Of a stretch of 64,000 nucleotides of DNA, positions 10,174 through 18,193 are shown piece after piece. The stretch's first letter is position 1; the number at the start of each line of letters is the position of its first letter. The DNA comes from a virus. A program made the position numbers and the translations under genes. The stretch lies in the IMG/VR virus record IMGVR_UViG_3300035169_000087, positions 35,072 through 99,071 of that record, one strand, 5' to 3'. The notes under the pieces were generated by a model. It saw only the letters and a list, made by a program, of their open reading frames with translations, ran no database searches and was not told the DNA's origin.

Positions 10174-10982
10174 GCGGCTGGCGGTCCCTGTTCGCGGCGA
10201 TGAGCCCTCGGATGCGTCGCCTGGTGCGCTGGTCGCTCGCACTGATGGCCGGGCAGCTGCTCGCGGTCGTGGCGCGGGTGGTGGAGTTTGTTCTCTCCGC
10301 TCCCGTCTCGGTGTGGGTGCCAACGTCGGTGCTGATGTTCGGTCTCGGCGGCCCGTGTATCGGGTTGTCGCTGCGGATGCGGGCGGTGCGGCTGGCCGAG
10401 GACGCCGAGGCGCAGGCTGAACGTGTGCGTCGCGCGGAGTTCCTGCGGTTGCGCGCACCCGACCCGCTGCCCGGTCAGTGCCCGGTGTGCGCGTACGACG
10501 ACCTTGGCGTGCTGGGCGAGCGGGACCGTGATCTGGGGGTGGAAGGCACGGAGTTGGCCCGCGTGGTGGCGTACGGCCCACACCGGGCGCACAGCGAGTG
10601 CGCTGCCGTCGTGCCGTACGTGCCGCCGCCGCGCTCCACGTCGGGCGGTATGACGCTGGGGCATGCCGTGCTCGCGCTGGACGGTAGGCCGCATCTGTGT
10701 CGGTGCCCGCAGTGCGAACGCGCCCGGCCGAGGTCAACGAGGGGCGGCTACGCGGCGGGCGACGTGCCCGTGAGCCAGATGGGGCCGCTACCCGAGGTGC
10801 TGACGCGGCCCGCGCTCAAGCCGCCGCTCGTCAACGGCACACTGCGAGACTCCATCAAGGTCACGGGCACGTATTGGGCCCGGTGCGGTCGCTGCCCGTG
10901 GATCGGTTCGGCCGGGACGCAGGATGCCACCGAGGGCCTGCTGCGAGTGCACGCCCAGACGTGCCGCAAGCGCAAGCGCTGA
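10170..10982 (+). CDS. membrane protein with Cys-rich (Zn-binding) C-terminal region
   Basis: Two hydrophobic segments; CPVC, CxCxxC and CxxC...HxxxC. Confidence 0.55.
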   Translation: MSGWRSLFAAMSPRMRRLVRWSLALMAGQLLAVVARVVEFVLSAPVSVWVPTSVLMFGLGGPCIGLSLRMRAVRLAEDAEAQAERVRRAEFLRLRAPDPLPGQCPVCAYDDLGVLGERDRDLGVEGTELARVVAYGPHRAHSECAAVVPYVPPPRSTSGGMTLGHAVLALDGRPHLCRCPQCERARPRSTRGGYAAGDVPVSQMGPLPEVLTRPALKPPLVNGTLRDSIKVTGTYWARCGRCPWIGSAGTQDATEGLLRVHAQTCRKRKR

Positions 10983-11142
10983 CGCGTCCGCCCCGGCGCG
11001 GGGGGGGGTGCGACCGGGGCGGGTTCCCGCTGTCGAGTGCGGGCGGGCACACCAGGTCGGGGGGCCGGGCCGGGCGCGCAGGTCGAGCGTAACCCGCAGA
11101 TGCGGCAGACGTACTGCGTTTGTCGCAGGAGTGCGCTTCACT

Positions 11143-11361
11143 ATGGGCGTGACGGATGCCGCGCCGTGGGATCTACTCGACCGCCTGGACGCGGCCGCCC
11201 TGAATGCGGGGAACATTCACGACGACCTGTGCGCCCAGTTCACTGAGGGCGAAGTGTTGCCGTGCTCGTGCGGGATCCCGGCGCTGTTGACGGACGCGGC
11301 GGAGTTCGTGCGTTCCCTCGCGGTTGAGGACGCAGTCACGCAGGCGCAGCGGGCGGCCTGA
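11143..11361 (+). CDS. small hypothetical protein
   Basis: ORF with HDDLC...PCSCG; lies between convergent operons. Confidence 0.4.
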   Translation: MGVTDAAPWDLLDRLDAAALNAGNIHDDLCAQFTEGEVLPCSCGIPALLTDAAEFVRSLAVEDAVTQAQRAA

Positions 11362-13228
11362 GCAGGGTTGACGGCCCGCAGACCATGCACGCGATCCCGT
11401 CCGGCCCCGCCACCCACCACGACTGGTCGTGGCCGCATGCCGGCACGTCCGCTCCGCCGAAGTGTTTCTCGTCGAGATGCGCACGCGCACGCTGGGCGAG
11501 TTGCGCCAGCGTCTCACCGCCGACGAAACCGGAGAACCAGCCCGGTCCGCCCTTCGTCGTGTCGCACACGGGGCAGCACAGGACCGCGCCGCCCTCGATC
11601 TCGCCGACTGCGAACTGAATCGGGGCGATCAAGGCAGTAGTCCTTCGCGTTGCATGGCCTGCTCAAGTTGCCGGCGGATCCCCGGGTCCAGGTCGGGCGG
11701 CAGCTCCCCGTACAACAGGACATGCCCGGCGACGCGGCTGATCTCGTCGGCGACGAGCCGTTGTACCGGGTTGAGTTTCGCCCGTTCCCGTTCGACCGCC
11801 GTACTCACGGCCGCGAACACACCCGGCTCAGTCATGCGCTTTCCCGGTGAGTAGTTCCCGTGCCCTGGCGATCAGCGCGCCGCCAGCGTCGTTGGGGTGT
11901 GCGGCGAGCCACCGGTCGAGTAGCGCGACCGCTCCCGGCCTGGTGCTGCGTACGTCGCTGGTTTCGCCGCTGTGCGTCTCGATGGAGGTGTCGCGTACGA
12001 GCGTGAGCCGGTCGTCCGGGGCCATGGGTAGGCGCAGCGTGACCTCGACCGTGGGTTTCGGCAGCGCCTCGATCCGGGTGGGCAGCGACATGCCGGGCGT
12101 GTGATCAACGGGTAGTCCGCGCTGAATCGAGCAGCCGACCAGTTCCCCGAACAGGTCCGATTCCTGCCCGTCCACGGTCAGCAGGCCACGGCCGCCGACC
12201 AGAGACACCACGAAGTCAGGCACCGGTTGCCTCCCGGATCGCGGTGTACGTGCCACACGGCCACGCGACGGGCACCGTGTCATCCAGGTCGCTCTCGCAG
12301 CACTCCGAGCACACGACCCGCGTATCGCCCTCTACCGGCAGGTGAACGCCCAGCGCGGCCAGCGCGGCGGTATTGCCCTCCAGGGAGGCGCAGGTCGCGT
12401 TGTAGTCGGCGGCGGCTTCCTCGTAGGCTGCGGCGATCTCGCGGCGTCGTTGCGCCCGCTGCTGGCGCTGGTTGAGTTCGTGCGCGGACCGCTCGGCCGG
12501 GCTGAGGCCGACGCTCAGCGGGCCCGCGTACTTCGCTTGGCGGGCGATCTCTGCGGCGAGGTTGCGTAGCGGCGCGGCCAGGTCGTACGCCTGGATGCCG
12601 GTCGGTACCGGCGTGGGCTCGGTCACGGCGCGTCCAGGACGTATCCGACGCGGATCACAGCCCAGCACTCGCGCTCGGACCACGCGGTGAGCAGTGCGTG
12701 CATGTCGGCCGAGCCGCGCCGGGTGGTGCGGTTTTCGCCGCCGACGTAGGCGCCGTGCTCGCCGAACCAGCGCACCGACACCGGGACGGTATCGGCAGCG
12801 CCGTGTTCAGCGACCGCTGCGGCCGTGGACTCGTCCCATACGGCCTGGCATACGGTGCAGCGCCGGGCCAGCCACTCGGGCGGGTACGCGATCGGGCCGA
12901 TGCCACCGTAGGGGCTGGCCGTGCGGCGCGTGTACTTGGTTTCCACGGCCTTCGACCCGCATTTGCGGCACGTCGCGTGCTCCCCGGAGTAGGGCGGTAG
13001 CGTGACGGGTTTCGGGATGCCGGGGGTCGCGCAGCAGTCGTTGATCTGTTCGTCGATGCCGTACGCCGGCATGTCGGCGGGCGCGTAGCCGGGTCTCTTG
13101 CAGCACACGGTTTTGCCGCGGTACGCGTAGCCGTCTGGTGCGGGTCCGTAGCGGTGGGTCCAGGTGCCGTCGCCGGTGCGTTCGAAGATGACCGGCTCAA
13201 GTGCGGCGTCAGGCGTTTCGTTCGGCAC
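11336..13228 (-). other. run of coupled hypothetical CDS (12623-13228, 12216-12626, 11828-12223, 11629-11835, 11336-11632), several Cys-rich
   Basis: Overlapping stop/start chain on the minus strand. Confidence 0.55.
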
Positions 13229-13313
13229 GCGCCTAGTGTGCCTCGCCGGGCGGTGTTTCGTTGCGCGGAATCCGGATCGACGCAACGGATCGTAGGTGGC
13301 GATCGTCAAACGA

Positions 13314-13343
13314 TTCGCCCGCGACACCCGGCAGCGCTACGGT
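13314..13343 (+). promoter_or_regulatory. putative promoter for the Y RNA-Ro cassette
   Basis: TANNNT-type -10 TACGGT at 13338-13343 lies 7 nt before the first RNA unit; weak -35 TTCGCC. TACGGT also precedes the other + strand insertions (near 22662 and 24699) and the GntR gene. Confidence 0.5.
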
Positions 13344-13350
13344 AGGGCTC

Positions 13351-13422
13351 GCCCCGGTGCGCACGGTACGGGTTACTTCTTTCATGCAGAAACAACACCC
13401 GCACCGGACCTGATCTCGGGGC
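13351..13422 (+). ncRNA. Y RNA-like unit 1 (short, no T/D arms)
   Basis: GCCCC-GGTGCG...TACTTC...GATCTC-GGGGC; the ends pair; inner stem CGGTaCGGGT/ACCCGcACCG; adjacent to the Ro60 gene. Confidence 0.75.
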
Positions 13423-13449
13423 ACACAACTGAACAATGACTGCGAACGC

Positions 13450-13584
13450 CCGTCAGGTGCGCAGGAGAGGGCTACTTCACTCTGTAAAAGTGGCAGTCCG
13501 GGTTCGAGTCCCGGCAGGCCCGTAACAGGGCCCGTAGTGTAACGGCAGCACGCTCGTCGCCTTCCCCGACTCGATCTCTGGCGG
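13450..13584 (+). ncRNA. Y RNA-like unit 2 (YrlA-like, permuted tRNA with a GUA anticodon arm)
   Basis: Same GGTGCG/TACTTC/GATCTC frame enclosing anticodon arm, T arm (CCGGG TTCGAGT CCCGG), acceptor hairpin and D arm (GTGT AACGGCA GCAC), in that order. Confidence 0.88.
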
Positions 13585-13602
13585 CACTCGCAGTGGACAG
13601 CA

Positions 13603-13725
13603 CCTCCCGGTGCGTAGGCGACGCGTACTTCTCGCTAGGGATATCGGTTCGAATCCGAGAGCCGCTTCGGCGGCGACGGCGTGACGGTAACCGCCATTTC
13701 GCGTAGCCGCCCTGATCTCGGGAGG
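13603..13725 (+). ncRNA. Y RNA-like unit 3 (YrlA-like)
   Basis: CCTCCC-GGTGCG...GATCTC-GGGAGG; T arm TCGG TTCGAAT CCGA; acceptor hairpin GCCGC TTCG GCGGC; D-like arm GGCG...CGCC. Confidence 0.85.
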
Positions 13726-13737
13726 AGCAAGCATCGG

Positions 13738-13880
13738 GGTCGCGCCCGGTGCGACGGAGACGGGTCCTTCTTAGGGTTGCTGGTTCGAATCCAGTCGAGT
13801 CGCTTAGGCGGCTCGTAGCGCAATCTGGTAGCGCATAAGAGCAGTTCAATCCCGCCACCATTCCGATCTCGGGCGCGACC
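13738..13880 (+). ncRNA. Y RNA-like unit 4 (canonical YrlA-like)
   Basis: GGTCGCGCCC-GGTGCG...GATCTC-GGGCGCGACC; TCTTA/TAAGA stem; T arm GCTGG TTCGAAT CCAGT; acceptor CGAGTCGC TTAG GCGGCTCG; D arm GCGC AATCTGGTA GCGC. Confidence 0.9.
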
Positions 13881-13917
13881 ACCTTTCCCGCTCCTCCCCT
13901 TCCCGTGGGAGTCGAGC

Positions 13918-16770
13918 ATGGCCCGTTTCAACACCCCGACCGCGAAGCCCGCGGTCCACTCGCCGATCATGGGCGAGCGCACCGCGTCCGGGCGCACCTT
14001 CGAAGGCGGCGCAGGCTACGCGCGGGACGCCAAGTCGGAACTCTTCCTGCTCGCCGTCTCGAACTTCGTGTCCACCGACACGTTCTACGAGAAGGCCGAC
14101 GACCGCGACGAGCGGTTCGAACGCCTCGTGCACCAGGTCGCGGTCGAGGACCCGGACTGGATGGGCCGGTTCATCCCGTGGCTGCGCAGCGAGGCCAACA
14201 TGCGCACCGCGTCCCTCGTCGCGGCCGCCGAGTCCGTCAAGGCACGACTGGACGCCTACGACGCTTCTCTCGCCGGGAACGAGCAGCCTGCGGACGCGCT
14301 CAAGAAGCCGGTCAACCGCGCACTGATCAACGCTGCGTGCCAGCGGCCCGACGAACCCGGTGAACTACTCGCCTACTGGACATCCCGCCACGGACGCGCC
14401 CTGCCCAAGCCCGTCAAGCGAGGCATCGCCGACGCCGTGCGACGCCTCTACAACGGCAAGTCGCTGATCAAATACGACACCGCGTCGCACGGCTACCGGT
14501 TCGGCGACGTCCTCAACCTCGTACACGCCGACCCCGAACCGGACAAGCCGTGGCAGGGCGAGCTTTTCAAGTACGCCCTGGACCGGCGCCACCACCCGGC
14601 TGAGGCGGTCGTACCGGAATCGAACCGCACGCTCACCGCGAACAGTGCGCTGCTCGCGCTGCCCGTCGACCAGCGGCGCGCGTTCCTGCGCGGCCCCGAC
14701 GCCGCGGCGCGCCTCACCGAGGCCGGGTTCACGTGGGAGATGCTGGCCGGGTGGCTGCAGGGCCCGATGGACGCCGAGGCGTGGGAGGCCGTGATCCCGT
14801 CGATGGGGTACATGGCGTGCCTCGCCGAGGGAACCCCGGTCTGGCTGGCCGATGGCACCACCGCACCGATCGAGGACGTGGTGGCCCGCAAGCTGCCAGT
14901 GCTCTCCTACGACAAAGCATGGGACAGCCGGCCGGTCAAATACGGTCCCAACCAGGGGCCACGTGACCAGTCGGTGGGCAACCTCGTGCCTACGATCCCG
15001 TCTGCGTGGCTCGACACCGGCGTGCGCCCCATTGCGGCCGTGCGGTTCGCCTCGGGCCGCGTCATTGAGGCCACCTACGATCACCGGTGGGTACGCCAAC
15101 GTCGAAGCGGCCGCCAGGCGTGGGAATGGAACACGACTAGTGAGCTGCGGGTCGGCGACCGCATCCCGGTCCCTCTGACCGCCGATACGTTCGGCGATGA
15201 GGGAGACGCCTGGGATGGCTACTTTGTTGGGGGCATGCTCGGCGACGGTGGCATGACAGTGCTGACCCCGGAGTTTCATGGCGACCCGAACAACGGCGCT
15301 GTGGCGTTCATGCGCGAATACGCAGCCAAACACGGCTGCGACGTTCGCGAGGACACGAACGGTGCGATCGTGCGCATGCGATTCCCGTTCAAACAGTGGA
15401 AGCGGAATCCGCTGGCGGAGATCCTTCGCCGGTACGAGGTCTGGGGAAAGCGTTGCGAGGCCAAAGCACTGCCCAACCGGCCCTTCAGCCGGGAGTTCTG
15501 GATCGGCGCGCTATCCGGTCTGATCGATACTGACGGCTGCGTCCGGGAGCGCACCAACGCCAAGGGCACCCTGCACGGCTCGGTCGAGTATGCCACCGTG
15601 TCCCGACGGCTCGCCGAGCAAGTGTCCGATGTGCTGCTGCGTCTCGGGGTAACCAACATCATCCGCGAGAGGGCGCCACTCAGCCGGCCCGACGCAGCCA
15701 TCCAGAGCCGCCACACCCTCTTCGTCGTGGAAACGAACCGGGCGACGGCGCTGGTTCGTCTCGCCGAACTCCTCGACCTGCGGATCAGCTACAAAGCCGC
15801 GCGGCTCGCTAGCCTGGCGGAGCGCTTGGCGCATGTAGCTCCGGCTTCGAGCGAGATGCACGGATACGACAAGGCCGTGGCTCTGGATCGCGTGGTAGCG
15901 ATCGAGGACGCCGGAGAGCGCGCGACATATTGCGTCACGGTCGACGCCTCGAACTTGTTTGTGGCTAATGGCATTGTGACGGGCAATTGCCTGCGCAACC
16001 TGAGGAATTTCGACGAGACCGGCGTCCCGGACGATGTCGCCGAGCAGGTCATCGCGAAGCTCAAGGATCCGGCCGAGGTCGCCCGCTCGCGACAGTTGCC
16101 GTTCCGGTTCCTCTCGGCGTACCGGGCGGCTCCGTCGCTGCGCTGGTCGTATCCGCTGGAGGTCGCGATCGGCCGCTCCCTGGGCAACGTGCCGGCGCTG
16201 TCGGGCCGCACGCTGATCCTCGTGGACACCTCGGGTTCGATGAACGCGGGGTTCAGTAAGGACGGGACGCTGATGCGGTGGGACGCTGCGGCGCTGTTCG
16301 GGATCGCACTGGGGCATCGTTGCGCTGCGGCGGACGTGGTGTCGTTCTCCTCGCTTCAGTACTACTACGGGCAGCCGGGTGGCGCGAACGTGAAGGCGTT
16401 CCCGCTGAGCAAGGGCGAGTCGGTGCTGCGGTCGCTGGAGCGGTGGCGTGGCGGCGGCTGGTTCCTGGGCGGGGGTACGGAGACTGCGGCGGCGTTGCGG
16501 GCGACGTTCCAGGGCCATGACCGTGTGGTGGTGTTGACGGACGAGCAGGCGGCGCATGACGGGGTGGAGGTGACGCGGAGCGTGCCGGAGTCGGTGCCGA
16601 TGTACACGTGGAACCTGGCGGGTTACGCGCGGGGGCATGCGCCGTCGGGTGGGCGGAATCGGCATGCGTTTGGGGGGCTGACGGATCAGGCGTTCAAGAT
16701 GATTCCGTTGCTTGAGGGCGGCCGGGACGGTTCCTGGCCGTGGGATGCGGAGACGGTGCCCGCGCGGTAG
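13918..16770 (+). CDS. rsr: Ro60/Rsr-like TROVE + vWA RNA-binding protein precursor containing an intein (560 aa after splicing)
   Basis: TROVE-type N-terminus (TFEGGAGY...ELFLLAV...TFYE, RPDEPGELLAYW, KPVKRGIADAV, KYD...DVLNLVH); GYMA|CLRNLRNF is split by the intein; SRQLPFRFLSAY; vWA MIDAS LVDTSGSM, GGT, LTDEQ. Confidence 0.93.
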   Translation: MARFNTPTAKPAVHSPIMGERTASGRTFEGGAGYARDAKSELFLLAVSNFVSTDTFYEKADDRDERFERLVHQVAVEDPDWMGRFIPWLRSEANMRTASLVAAAESVKARLDAYDASLAGNEQPADALKKPVNRALINAACQRPDEPGELLAYWTSRHGRALPKPVKRGIADAVRRLYNGKSLIKYDTASHGYRFGDVLNLVHADPEPDKPWQGELFKYALDRRHHPAEAVVPESNRTLTANSALLALPVDQRRAFLRGPDAAARLTEAGFTWEMLAGWLQGPMDAEAWEAVIPSMGYMACLAEGTPVWLADGTTAPIEDVVARKLPVLSYDKAWDSRPVKYGPNQGPRDQSVGNLVPTIPSAWLDTGVRPIAAVRFASGRVIEATYDHRWVRQRRSGRQAWEWNTTSELRVGDRIPVPLTADTFGDEGDAWDGYFVGGMLGDGGMTVLTPEFHGDPNNGAVAFMREYAAKHGCDVREDTNGAIVRMRFPFKQWKRNPLAEILRRYEVWGKRCEAKALPNRPFSREFWIGALSGLIDTDGCVRERTNAKGTLHGSVEYATVSRRLAEQVSDVLLRLGVTNIIRERAPLSRPDAAIQSRHTLFVVETNRATALVRLAELLDLRISYKAARLASLAERLAHVAPASSEMHGYDKAVALDRVVAIEDAGERATYCVTVDASNLFVANGIVTGNCLRNLRNFDETGVPDDVAEQVIAKLKDPAEVARSRQLPFRFLSAYRAAPSLRWSYPLEVAIGRSLGNVPALSGRTLILVDTSGSMNAGFSKDGTLMRWDAAALFGIALGHRCAAADVVSFSSLQYYYGQPGGANVKAFPLSKGESVLRSLERWRGGGWFLGGGTETAAALRATFQGHDRVVVLTDEQAAHDGVEVTRSVPESVPMYTWNLAGYARGHAPSGGRNRHAFGGLTDQAFKMIPLLEGGRDGSWPWDAETVPAR
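14818..15987 (+). mobile_element. intein (390 aa) with LAGLIDADG homing endonuclease
   Basis: Block A CLAEGTPVWLADG, block B EATYDHRW, LAGLIDADG motifs GYFVGGMLGDG and ALSGLIDTDG, block F/G TYCVTV...LFVANGIVTGN, followed by Cys+1. Confidence 0.93.
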
Positions 16771-16777
16771 AACCAGT

Positions 16778-16810
16778 GGCCCCGTGCTCGACGGAACCAG
16801 GCGCGGGGCC
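16778..16810. terminator. hairpin between convergent genes
   Basis: GGCCCCGTGC...GCGCGGGGCC immediately after the TROVE stop. Confidence 0.6.
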
Positions 16811-17151
16811 TACGGGCAGTCGCAGTGCCCGCAGTGGTGGTGCACGCTCGGCGGGGGCGGTGTCACCTGCTGCGTGGTGAGGACCGGCGGCCGGACGGTG
16901 CCGCGCGGGGACTTCTGCCCGAGGCCGGGCCGGGTGAGCACGTCCGGAAGCGGGCCCATAGCGGACACGGGCACGTTAGCCGCCATGTATCTGCGTCGCT
17001 GCTTGCCTTGCGCCTGCCGGAGTTCGGCCCTGTGGCGGGCGGTGTTCTCGACGATCCCGAGTTCCAGTTCCAGGGCGCGGATGCGGGCCCAGGTGCGCCG
17101 ATACCTGCGGTATCGGATCAGGCGCACCAGTAGACGCGCTAGCCAGGTCAC
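16810..17151 (-). CDS. hypothetical basic protein with C-terminal HHHCGHCDC
   Basis: GTGA-type coupling to the DUF6221 gene; shares a VPVSxMGPLPxVLTRP motif with 10170-10982. Confidence 0.55.
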   Translation of the reverse strand: MTWLARLLVRLIRYRRYRRTWARIRALELELGIVENTARHRAELRQAQGKQRRRYMAANVPVSAMGPLPDVLTRPGLGQKSPRGTVRPPVLTTQQVTPPPPSVHHHCGHCDCP

Positions 17152-17588
17152 AGCACCCACTTCTCGTCCCAGCCTTGGCGTCCCGCGTACGGGGCGGCGA
17201 GCAGGCGCGCTGTGAGGCACGGCGCCCACAGGTCACCGTTGAAGTCCGGGTCGCTCTGGCGGTCCTGGCAGAAGTAGCGCCGTGTCCCGTCGTCGAGTTC
17301 CGCGTAGGAGGTCATGTGCAGGCCCAGGATCGCCCGCTTCGTCTCGACCTCAGCGAGCACGTGGGCCGGATCCCAGCGCGCGATGTGGACGCCGACAGTC
17401 TCGTCAATGTCCTCGATCCCGGTTGCGACTACACCGCCGGACGCCCCCACCGAACCGCGAAAGAGGGTCCACTGCGGATCTGGTGTGCCGTCCGTGGTGC
17501 CCGCAGCCAGCGCGGACTGCATCGCGATCTGCTCGTCTCCGGCGAGGCATTTCTCGAGGAACGCGGTGATCGCGGCAACGTCAGTCAC
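17148..17588 (-). CDS. DUF6221-like actinophage protein
   Basis: AFL...DEQIA...HIARWDPAHVLAEVETKRAIL...PCLTARLLAAPYA...W. Confidence 0.75.
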   Translation of the reverse strand: MTDVAAITAFLEKCLAGDEQIAMQSALAAGTTDGTPDPQWTLFRGSVGASGGVVATGIEDIDETVGVHIARWDPAHVLAEVETKRAILGLHMTSYAELDDGTRRYFCQDRQSDPDFNGDLWAPCLTARLLAAPYAGRQGWDEKWVL

Positions 17589-18193
17589 GCTCGACCTCCA
17601 CGCCGAGTTCCTTCGCGATGGCGCGCACCGTCGGGCACGGGTAGTCGCGCGCCAAGAACTCGTCCGTTCCGTCGCTGCATTCGTCGCAGATCGGCTTGCC
17701 CTCCAATGTGCCCTCCACGGCGATACGCGGCTTGTGCAATTCGAGGACCGCGTGCAGGCTCCCGGCTATCACGGACGCCCAGCGCGCGAACTCGGCGAGC
17801 TTGCCGTCACCGATCATGTTCGCGCGGGAGCGCCACCCGATGGTCGCGCCCATGAACCGCTGGACCTCGGCGCGCAACGCTTCCACATCCAGGTCAGGCA
17901 TTCGTCTCCAGTCCGAGCTGTTTCGCGATGGCCTCGACGGTCTCGCAGGGGTAACCGGTCGGGTTGCAGATCTCTGGCCCGATGTCCATGCAGACGGAGC
18001 AGTCCTTGACGTGCGGCTTGCTCCCGATGCCTGCCCAGCGGGGCTTGTGCAGGTCGAGGGCGGCGGTCAGCGCGCCGCGCATCTTGATCGCCTCCGAGTG
18101 CCCCTCGACGGGGCAGTCGTCGCGCCACCGGCCGCAGATGTCATCGAGCCAGCCGTCCAGCCGCTCCCGGATCGCCGCGTCGAGGTCAGTCAC
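17581..18193 (-). CDS. two tandem paralogous Zn-motif proteins (17894-18193 and 17581-17901)
   Basis: Both contain LxLHKPR...CxxC...YPCxTVxAIAKxLG. Confidence 0.6.

Noticed and set aside
10988-11023. G9 tract as a phase-variation or G-quadruplex site
   Set aside because: It lies in the loop of an intergenic GC hairpin, probably a terminator; there is no further support.
13626-13776. Anticodon loops in Y RNA units 3 (GCU) and 4 (CUU)
   Set aside because: The stems would be only 2-3 bp, and in unit 4 TCTTA pairs better with TAAGA after the D arm.
13477-13835. Conventional tRNA genes (three GGTTCGA T-loops)
   Set aside because: The arms are in permuted order (T before D), the acceptor ends are closed by loops and there is no CCA. 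They are better explained as Y RNA modules.
13351-13880. CRISPR array
   Set aside because: The shared parts are only short motifs within co-varying stems, unit lengths are irregular, and no cas genes are present.
13472-13997. Minus-strand ORFs over the Y RNA cluster
   Set aside because: No RBS or codon bias; the region is explained by structured RNAs.
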